Origin: Terriglobales bacterium
Lineage (GTDB): Bacteria > Acidobacteriota > Terriglobia > Terriglobales > Acidobacteriaceae
DNA length: 41,641 nt
Reading direction: 5' to 3'
Assembly (NCBI GenBank): GCA_049589635.1
Contig: JBAWBE010000331.1
Location: 1-41,641, forward strand
How positions within the stretch are numbered: the first letter of the stretch is position 1; every line of letters starts with the position of its first letter. Of this stretch, positions 25,586 through 32,567 are shown one piece after another. The notes beneath the pieces are model-generated. The model ran no database searches. It was given only the letters and a program-made list of their open reading frames with translations, and was not told the DNA's origin. The position numbers and the translations under genes are program-made.

Positions 25586-26998
25586 ATGCACGGCATGAAA
25601 CGAAGCCTGCTTCTTCTGTTCTCTCTGGTCGTTCTTTGTCCTCTTCTTTTCGCCGCGCCGCGTACCATGCGCGTTGACTACTACCACGGCGGCAATTCCA
25701 AAGACGAATGGTTCACGCTCGATCGCACGGTGCTTGAGCCCCTCGAATGGCCCGGAAATCCGGCGAAGGCGATTGATGAGAGTCAGCTCGGAAATTTTCT
25801 GTTTGAAGTTCGCGAGCAGGGAAGCGGAAAACTTCTCTATTCACGCGGCTTCAACTCCGTCTTCGGCGAGTGGAAAGAAACGGAAGAGGCACAACACGCA
25901 AACCGCACATTTTCAGAGTCATTGCGTTTTCCCGCGCCGTCAGCGCCCGTCGAAGTGTCCCTGAAAGAGCGCAATGCAAAAGACCCGACCGTGGGCGGCT
26001 ATCACGAGGTATGGAAGACGGTCGTCGATCCTAAGGATAAATTCGTCGACCGCTCGCGCCCGCCATCGCCGGGCGCATTGATCGCTTTTCAGAAGATGGG
26101 CGATCCCGCGGGCAAGGTCGATCTGCTGGTCCTGGGCGACGGCTACACGGCGGCGGAGCGCGCGAAGTTTGAAGCCGACGCGCGCCGCTTTATGGAGAAG
26201 CTCTTCGGCACGTCGCCCTTCAAAGAACATAGAAACGACTTCAATGTCTGGGGATTATGTCCGGCGGCCGAGGAGTCTGGCGTGTCGCGTCCATCCAGCG
26301 GAACCTATCGCCGCTCGCCCCTCGGCGCGAGCTACGATTCTTTCGACAGCGAGCGTTACATCTTGACCATGGAAAACCGGACGCTGCGCGACGTAGCATC
26401 GTTTGCGCCCTATGAGTTCGTAGAGATTCTGGTGAATGGGAAGACTTACGGTGGCGGCGGAATTTTCAACACGTACGCGACGGTCGCGATCGACAATGCG
26501 TGGGCAGGCTACGTAGGCGTCCATGAATTCGGCCATCACTTCGCTGGTCTGGCCGACGAATATTACACATCGGATGTTTCGTATCTTTCGCAGGAAAGGC
26601 GAACCGAGCCCTGGGAGCCGAATGTGACGGCTCTGCTTGATCCGGCGCAATTGAAGTGGAAAGATTTGGTTGAGCCAGGAACGCCTCTGCCGACGCCATG
26701 GAACAAAGCGGAATTCGAAAGTTTCGAAGGTGAAATCCAGAAGCAGCGCAGACAACTACGCGCCGAAGGCAGGCCCGAAGCGGAAATGGAAGAACTCTTC
26801 CGCAGGGAGCGCGACAAGGAAGACGCTCTGTTTCGCGCGGAGAAATATTTAGGGAAGGTCGGCGCGTTCGAAGGCGCGAACTATGAGCCGAAGGGTTATT
26901 ACCGTCCGGAGGTGGACTGCATCATGTTCACGCGCCACGACAAGTTTTGCGCCGTGTGCCGGCGAGCGATTGAGCGGGTGATTGGAATGTACACGTAG
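25586..26998 (+). CDS. M64 family (IgA-peptidase-like) zinc metallopeptidase, secreted
   Basis: HEFGHHFAGLADEY zinc motif. Signal peptide MKRSLLLLFSLVVLCPLLFA. The start is ambiguous among 25523, 25586 and 25595. Confidence 0.8.
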   Translation: MHGMKRSLLLLFSLVVLCPLLFAAPRTMRVDYYHGGNSKDEWFTLDRTVLEPLEWPGNPAKAIDESQLGNFLFEVREQGSGKLLYSRGFNSVFGEWKETEEAQHANRTFSESLRFPAPSAPVEVSLKERNAKDPTVGGYHEVWKTVVDPKDKFVDRSRPPSPGALIAFQKMGDPAGKVDLLVLGDGYTAAERAKFEADARRFMEKLFGTSPFKEHRNDFNVWGLCPAAEESGVSRPSSGTYRRSPLGASYDSFDSERYILTMENRTLRDVASFAPYEFVEILVNGKTYGGGGIFNTYATVAIDNAWAGYVGVHEFGHHFAGLADEYYTSDVSYLSQERRTEPWEPNVTALLDPAQLKWKDLVEPGTPLPTPWNKAEFESFEGEIQKQRRQLRAEGRPEAEMEELFRRERDKEDALFRAEKYLGKVGAFEGANYEPKGYYRPEVDCIMFTRHDKFCAVCRRAIERVIGMYT

Positions 26999-27070
26999 TT
27001 TCAGCGCCGAGACGAAGATCAATTTCTCCCGCGACAGTACGGTAGAACTCCTCCGGCTCGGGAGAGAAGC

Positions 27071-27724
27071 TCACTTCGTGAACTCGTCGCTCCGCTTAGG
27101 ATGACAAAGGATAGAAGATTGACTAAGGCGATTGCGGACGAATTCCACGACCTCGGTCGGTACATATTTCGGTGGTTTAAGTGTAAAAGTCGGTCGGTTC
27201 GCGACCGATCTAAGGGACACTTGCTTCCACACTGGAGCGACTGACTCGGCATCTGTGTGTAGCAACACGGCATCGGCGCGATCCAGGAATTCCTGCGCTG
27301 ACGATTTGAAGTCGGCGGTCGCGGGATCGAGAACAGTTAGGTAGAGATCAGGCTTCAGAAAGCGCAAAACGCTGTTCGATTCGATAATCACATTTTCAGT
27401 GGAAGCAAGAATCTGCCGCACGCGCGGCATCGCTTCCGCGAGCCGTCCTTGCTCGGTGCGAACCCACCAGGAGTGATCGGCTCCCGCGACCAGAAAACGC
27501 GAAGTGTCAGATTCGCCGCTGCGGTCGCACTCTTCCGTCACTGCCCAGGAATGATCGCCCGTTGCGCAGTCGCAAGCCTCGCCGTTGGTGGAGCAGACGC
27601 CATGTCCATATTGCGTGATCTTGAGCGCGGTCCAGTGCAGATCGCATAGCGCGGCGATCAGGCCGGCAACTACGCCGGTTTTGCCGACGCTGCGCGTGTG
27701 TCCACCGATGACGAGGATGGGCAT
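27071..27724 (-). CDS. MobB/BioD-like P-loop protein with a Cys/His-rich insert
   Basis: MPILVIGGHTRSVGKTGVVAGLIAALC...ALKITQYGHG parallels the MobB N-terminus. The P-loop has BioD-type spacing (G-x5-GKT). Insert: HGVCSTNGEACDCATGDH. Lies 58 nt downstream of lpxD on the same strand. Confidence 0.6.
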   Translation of the reverse strand: MPILVIGGHTRSVGKTGVVAGLIAALCDLHWTALKITQYGHGVCSTNGEACDCATGDHSWAVTEECDRSGESDTSRFLVAGADHSWWVRTEQGRLAEAMPRVRQILASTENVIIESNSVLRFLKPDLYLTVLDPATADFKSSAQEFLDRADAVLLHTDAESVAPVWKQVSLRSVANRPTFTLKPPKYVPTEVVEFVRNRLSQSSILCHPKRSDEFTK

Positions 27725-27782
27725 AGATGCTGCTCTTGGCGTTTTCGTTTCGGGCGCTGCCGAGACGCGGCGGGCCGCGTCC

Positions 27783-28778
27783 CTACCGAGATTTCTTTGC
27801 TGACCGCGATAAGAACGCCAACTCCTTAAGATACTCCCGGATTGGCCGCGCCGGTGTTCCCCAGAAAACCACTCCTTTGCCGCGAATTATCTTGCTGGTT
27901 GGAATGCCGCTCTGCGCGCCGATGATCGCGCCTTCTTCGATACGCACGTGATCGGCAATGCCGACCTGGCCTCCAATGATGACATTGTCCTCGACGACCG
28001 CGCTACCAGAAAGCCCAGTTTGCGCGGCGATGACTACGTCGCTGCCGATCTGGACGTTGTGGCCGATGTGCACCAGGTTGTCGATTTTTGTGCCGCTGCG
28101 TATGCGAGTTTCGTCGAGCGCCCCGCGGTCGATGGTTGTGTTGGCGCCGATCTCCACGTCGTCTTCGATGACGAGCCTGCCGATTTGTGGGAACTGCTCG
28201 TAGCGACCAGTCTGTTCATCGCGAACATAACCGAAACCATCGCTGCCGAGTACAGCTCCCGCCTGAACGACGACGCGGTCGCCGAGCGTGGTGCCAGCGT
28301 AGATCGTCACATTGGCATCGATGCGGCAATGGGCGCCGATTTCGACGCCATCGCCGATCACGCAGCCCGTGCCAATCGTGGTCCCATCGCCGATCTTCGC
28401 CTGTTCGCCAACGACCGCACGAGGTCCTATGTCGACATTGCTGCCAATTACCGCCGCGGCGACGATAGCAGAGGGATGAATTCCGCGGCCCTGAGGGGCA
28501 GAATCGTGAAGAAGTTTGGCCGCGCGTGCGAAAGCCAAGCGCGGCTGCGCGGAGATCAGGATTGGCTTGCGGCTGGATTCGCTGGCGGAGAAGTCCCCCG
28601 CGATGATGGCAGCCGCATCGGACGCGATCGCTGCATCGAAATATCTGGCGTCATCTACGAAGACGACGCTTTCAGAATCTGCGGCCTTCATGCTGGAGAC
28701 TCGCGTCACGATAACGGAGCCGTCTCCAATCAGTCGACAGCCCAGTTTTTCCGCTAGAGCGGTTAGAGATTGTTTCAT
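27783..28778 (-). CDS. lpxD: UDP-3-O-(3-hydroxyacyl)glucosamine N-acyltransferase
   Basis: LpxD-type N-terminal domain ([36 protein letters not shown]), followed by a long left-handed beta-helix hexapeptide repeat region. 331 aa. Confidence 0.9.
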   Translation of the reverse strand: MKQSLTALAEKLGCRLIGDGSVIVTRVSSMKAADSESVVFVDDARYFDAAIASDAAAIIAGDFSASESSRKPILISAQPRLAFARAAKLLHDSAPQGRGIHPSAIVAAAVIGSNVDIGPRAVVGEQAKIGDGTTIGTGCVIGDGVEIGAHCRIDANVTIYAGTTLGDRVVVQAGAVLGSDGFGYVRDEQTGRYEQFPQIGRLVIEDDVEIGANTTIDRGALDETRIRSGTKIDNLVHIGHNVQIGSDVVIAAQTGLSGSAVVEDNVIIGGQVGIADHVRIEEGAIIGAQSGIPTSKIIRGKGVVFWGTPARPIREYLKELAFLSRSAKKSR

Positions 28779-28976
28779 GGTGGCTTATATTGTCGCGTCA
28801 GAGCGCGAGAGGCGCAAATGGGGAAGATATTCGCTGTTCACTACCACGGTCGTCTTACAAGAGGAGTAGGGTGATTTCGTCGACTTGCGATGTCGCTTAA
28901 GAGACATCGGAAATAGTCATGCCAGCGTGACCGTTCCTACCTCGGAGGCTAAAGCCTGCTCTGAAACAAGACTTAT

Positions 28977-28996
28977 CGCAGCGGTTAACCGCTGCG
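28977..28996. promoter_or_regulatory. Perfect 20-nt palindrome CGCAGCGGTTAACCGCTGCG in the 318-nt LpxL-like/lpxD spacer
   Basis: Read directly. It could be a hairpin ending the LpxL-like transcript or a dimeric protein site upstream of lpxD. Confidence 0.4.
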
Positions 28997-29096
28997 CCAC
29001 CCAAAATCAAGCGCAACAACAATCCTTCCGCAGCCTGTGAAACGATACCAAATACGAACGATCCCTGGCAGCGCATGATGGCATGCACGCGAAACC

Positions 29097-29996
29097 TCAG
29101 TAGAGGGGCGGCTCGCCTTCAGGCCGCGTTTTCCAACGGCGATGCAGCCAGAGCCATTGGTCAGGATAGCGCCGGATGTAGCTTTCGATCACGCTGGTGA
29201 ACAGGGCGGTGTTGGCAACGATGTCGGCTTCGTTGTCGCCCGTGCGCACGAGTTCAAGCGCTGGATCGAAACGCAGGACATATTTCCGCAGGTCGCGGTC
29301 CCAGGTCGTGAAGGTCGGGACGACCGCTGCATCCGTGCGCAGGGCGATGCGCGCGAGTCCGCTGGCGGTGTAGGCGGGAACGCCGAAGAAGTTTACGAAC
29401 ACACCTTGCGGCGGCGTCATGTTGGTGTCCATCAGAATGCCGACGACTTCACCGGCACGCATAGCGGCGAGCAGTCCGCGGATGAAATCGTCTTTGCTGA
29501 CCGTCTTGTTGCCGTGCATTGTGCGGTAGCGTTGCACGAGCGCGTCGATATAGGGATTGTCGAGCGGGCGCATCACGATCCACATCGGATGGCCCTGCAA
29601 GGAGTGGGCGAAGGCGGAGAGTTCCCAACCTCCGAGATGGCCGGTTAGAAATAGAACCCCTTTGCCGCGGGCAAAGGCTTTCTCGTAGTTCTCAAGTCCG
29701 CTGTAGACGATTACCTTGGAGACATTCTCGCGCGTGTAGCGGGGAAACAGGCAGACCTCGGCGAGTTGACGGCCGAGCGAAATATATTCTCCTCGAACAA
29801 TACGGCGACGTTCGTCTGCCGGCATTTCCGGGAAGGCGAGCGCCAGGTTGCGCATTCCGACCTCGCGGAGGCGGCGATGGAGATGAAAGACTGTGAGTGC
29901 AAGAGCGATGCCGATGGCGCGCGCGACGGAGCGGGGAAGCACGCCCAGCAGTTTGATCGCGGGCGAGACAATCGCATACTCGAGTCGTTCACGCAC
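29097..29996 (-). CDS. Lysophospholipid/lipid A late acyltransferase (LpxL/HtrB family)
   Basis: 299 aa. N-terminal membrane anchor. LpxL-family blocks: GKGVLFLTGHLGGWE (HX4[D/E]-type acyltransferase motif region) and PPQGVFVNFFGVPAYTASGLARIA. Confidence 0.8.
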   Translation of the reverse strand: MRERLEYAIVSPAIKLLGVLPRSVARAIGIALALTVFHLHRRLREVGMRNLALAFPEMPADERRRIVRGEYISLGRQLAEVCLFPRYTRENVSKVIVYSGLENYEKAFARGKGVLFLTGHLGGWELSAFAHSLQGHPMWIVMRPLDNPYIDALVQRYRTMHGNKTVSKDDFIRGLLAAMRAGEVVGILMDTNMTPPQGVFVNFFGVPAYTASGLARIALRTDAAVVPTFTTWDRDLRKYVLRFDPALELVRTGDNEADIVANTALFTSVIESYIRRYPDQWLWLHRRWKTRPEGEPPLY

Positions 29997-30077
29997 TTGC
30001 CGGAGTGTAGGGGTTCCAATGGGGGCGATGCAAGGAGATTGGGCGGACAGGAGTGTCCGCCCTACACTGGATCGTGC

Positions 30078-30773
30078 CTACTTTGACGCGATTTGCGCCC
30101 ATTTTGCGAGTGTGCTCAGGAACGGATAGGCGGCTTTTGGCGCTTCCACGTCTCCCTTGAGCGAGGTCTTGAAGGGCACCATGTGGCCGTAGAATTCCCG
30201 GGTGCTGTCTTTGTCCTGCTTGATGACCGCGCCGTTCAGTTCGAGTCCGGCGAAGAGGCCGCGGGAGCGCGAATATGTGAGAACCTGCGCTCGCATCTTC
30301 CAATCGGTGTCGGCGGCGGCGTGGCGGCCCACGGGGCCAGCGGCGGCGCTGGCATCTCCTCCGAGTTTGAACTTGCTCGAAAGCAGATTATTCATTCCGC
30401 CTTTGTTCATGATTAGCATGACGACGTCGGTGGCCTGGCCGCCGATTTGGAGGCCGAAGCTGCCGCCGCCGATCATGAAGAATGCCGGCGCGCTCCAGCC
30501 TTTTTCAGTGCGGCAACTGGCGACGCCGCGGCCATAGCGGCCACCGAAGACGAATCCGCCATTCAGCAGCGACGGAACCACGGCTACACACTCCGCGGAA
30601 CCGAGAATTTCTTCGGGAATGCGGTTGTCGGGAGCAGCCTGGATCTCATCGAGCACCGTGCCAGCGGCTTCGACGCGCCCGGATGCCTTGCCAGTGGCTT
30701 CGGCGTCATCAGAGGCGGGGAGAATTTGGGTCAAAGAACAAACGAGTACGAGAACGACTAGGAGTTTGCGCAT
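30078..30773 (-). CDS. Secreted lipid-binding SYLF (DUF500/Ysc84-like) domain protein
   Basis: Signal peptide MRKLLVVLVLVCSL. SYLF blocks: GGSFGLQIGGQATDVVMLIMN and YSRSRGLFAGLELNGAVI. Confidence 0.8.
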   Translation of the reverse strand: MRKLLVVLVLVCSLTQILPASDDAEATGKASGRVEAAGTVLDEIQAAPDNRIPEEILGSAECVAVVPSLLNGGFVFGGRYGRGVASCRTEKGWSAPAFFMIGGGSFGLQIGGQATDVVMLIMNKGGMNNLLSSKFKLGGDASAAAGPVGRHAAADTDWKMRAQVLTYSRSRGLFAGLELNGAVIKQDKDSTREFYGHMVPFKTSLKGDVEAPKAAYPFLSTLAKWAQIASK

Positions 30774-30916
30774 GAATGCCTCACTTGGGAGATCAAACCC
30801 TGGATTCCGGCTTTTGTTCCGGGATTTTTGGGCAAGAATTCTATTGCTATGGATTCTAATTCATATAGATGCGGAGTGAACTGCGATGGCTAGTGATTGG
30901 GGTGAGTCGGATAGGC

Positions 30917-30967
30917 AAAAAAATGCGGGGTTGAAAGCGGCGACCCTAATCTCCGTTTCCAACCCCG
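30917..30967 (-). terminator. Intrinsic terminator candidate downstream of the response-regulator gene
   Basis: On the minus strand, CGGGGTTG pairs with CAACCCCG (30926-30933 with 30960-30967) with extra inner pairing, followed by a T7 run (the complement of A 30917-30923). Confidence 0.5.
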
Positions 30968-31061
30968 TCTCCCAGGTTCTGTGGTAGGTGAAGCGAGTAT
31001 GGGGCAGGTCGGAAAATGCCACAAGATTACCGAGGTCACTGGCCGGTGGTAACCGGAAGAA

Positions 31062-31154
31062 GTTCTCGGTTCTCAGTCCTCAGTCCTCAGTAAAGGCCTG
31101 CGTCGACGGGGTCTTGGCGGGAAGCGAAATGAGACTGGGAACTGAGAACGGGAA
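31062..31154. repeat. Inverted arrays of tandem heptamers: GTTCTCG-GTTCTCA-GTCCTCA-GTCCTCA (31062-31089) and ACTGGGA-ACTGAGA-ACGGGAA (31134-31154), about 44 nt apart
   Basis: Read directly. The perfect 9-bp core GTTCTCAGT (31069-31077) pairs with ACTGAGAAC (31141-31149), plus imperfect flanks. Confidence 0.7.
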
Positions 31155-31221
31155 GCTCTGGCGGTCTTCTGCGCCCAATCGGCGGCCTTGGTCCGGTGGA
31201 GATGCCGGCTGCCAACACGAG

Positions 31222-31887
31222 TTATTTTGCTGTCACCAGCGAATGCGTGATTGCATGCACCGACAGCGCGATGCGGTTCTGGACTCCCACTTTGCGCATC
31301 AGCTTGGCTACGTGGGCTTTTACCGTGCGCTCTTCGATTCCCAGGGCGGAGCCGATTTCTTTATTGGAGCGACCGGCAACCAGCATCTCCAGCACTTCTT
31401 TTTCGCGATCGGTAAATGTCACGCGGCCCGCCGGGAAGATTCTTCCGGGGGATGCACTTACGCGTTCAATGAAGGTCGAGAGTACGCGACGCGGCGCCCA
31501 CACTGAACCCTGATGTACGATCCGCAAAGCCTGAATGAATTCGGTTGGCGAGGCGGCCTCATCCACGTAGCCTTTGGCGCCGGCGGCGATGGCTTTGAGG
31601 ACGCTTTCATCATCCATGCCGGAACCGGTGACGATGATGCGCAGGTCGGGGCGGATAGCTTTGAGGCTGGCCATAATGTCATAGAGATTCTGGCCGTTTC
31701 GGTTGCCGAGCAGAACGAGATCAATGCCGGTGAGCTGGCCGACGTCGGCGAGCGAGGCGGAGACCAGTTCCAGATCAGTTTCGGAATCAAAGAGGGCCCG
31801 GAATCCTACAAAGCGCAGTGGATCGCTTTCCACCACGGCGACGCGGATGATCGGTTTTTTCGCAACAGCGACAGCAGCTTTCATCAA
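31222..31887 (-). CDS. LuxR/NarL-family response regulator with a degenerate (probably non-phosphorylatable) receiver domain
   Basis: C-terminal LuxR HTH: FTDREKEVLEMLVAGRSNKEIGSALGIEERTVKAHVAKLMRKVGVQNR. The N-terminus has a receiver-like fold but reads DLVLLG where DLxLLD is expected. Confidence 0.85.
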   Translation of the reverse strand: MMKAAVAVAKKPIIRVAVVESDPLRFVGFRALFDSETDLELVSASLADVGQLTGIDLVLLGNRNGQNLYDIMASLKAIRPDLRIIVTGSGMDDESVLKAIAAGAKGYVDEAASPTEFIQALRIVHQGSVWAPRRVLSTFIERVSASPGRIFPAGRVTFTDREKEVLEMLVAGRSNKEIGSALGIEERTVKAHVAKLMRKVGVQNRIALSVHAITHSLVTAK

Positions 31888-32014
31888 GGTTTCCCTGTTA
31901 GGATTGCTTCCTGTTTAAGATTGCCTGAACCAGCGGGGAATTGAAACGATTGCAGGCCCAGTCCAATTACGTGGGTAACCCCGAAAACTCGGGCTCGTGG
32001 AGGGTTTTCTCGCG

Positions 32015-32506
32015 ATGAAAAAATGCAAATATCGGCTGTTTTCGGGACTTATCGCAATGTTACTCGGCATAGGATTACTAAGGGCGCTAGCCCAGAGTGA
32101 GGCTCCAACGCCGCAGGCCGCGCCGGCTGCGGGCGCATATCAGCCGAAATTCGCAGGTGATCCTGCGCACTCGGAATCGGAGGCGCAGGCGCTCGGATAT
32201 ATGCGCGTGGTGCTACGCGCCGAGCGTGCGTACAAGAAAAAGCACAATAAGTATGCGAGATCGCTGGCGGAACTGGCGGGCACCGCATCATTCACGAAAC
32301 GCATGGCGCAGTCGACGGCTCGGGGCGATTACACGGTTGCGTTCCGGAATCACAAAGCGAAAAACAGTGACGAGGAAGGTTTTGTGCTGACGATGACGCC
32401 GAAGCAGATCGATGCCGAGCACCGGTCATTCTATTCCGATGAGGATGGCGTAATTCACGGCGACGATCAGAAAGCGGCGGATGCGGACTCGCCGAAGGTG
32501 AAGTAA
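32015..32506 (+). CDS. Secreted hypothetical protein with a pilin-like helical segment
   Basis: Signal peptide MKKCKYRLFSGLIAMLLGIGLLRALA. GGAGGG upstream. The segment GYMRVVLRAERAYKKKHNKYARSLAEL resembles the long helix region of pilin-like proteins, but there is no prepilin cleavage motif. Confidence 0.55.
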   Translation: MKKCKYRLFSGLIAMLLGIGLLRALAQSEAPTPQAAPAAGAYQPKFAGDPAHSESEAQALGYMRVVLRAERAYKKKHNKYARSLAELAGTASFTKRMAQSTARGDYTVAFRNHKAKNSDEEGFVLTMTPKQIDAEHRSFYSDEDGVIHGDDQKAADADSPKVK

Positions 32507-32567
32507 GGCCAGCGAAGATTCGAACTCCTCGGATATTGCTTCGTGAAATCTTGCCTTCGCACTCGTT

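Noticed and set aside
28897-29088. 63-aa minus-strand ORF in the LpxL-like/lpxD spacer
   Set aside because: There is no ribosome-binding site. The composition is not protein-like, and the ORF spans the 20-nt palindrome. It is more likely noncoding regulatory sequence.
31062-31154. Short tandem arrays considered as a possible CRISPR or mini-CRISPR
   Set aside because: The units are 7-8 nt and directly abutting, with no unique spacers, and there are no cas genes in the window. They are not CRISPR.
30988-31506. 172-aa plus-strand ORF
   Set aside because: It starts in the repeat-rich spacer, where it translates the heptamer array as FSVLSPQSSV, and continues antisense to the well-supported LuxR-type regulator. 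It is spurious.
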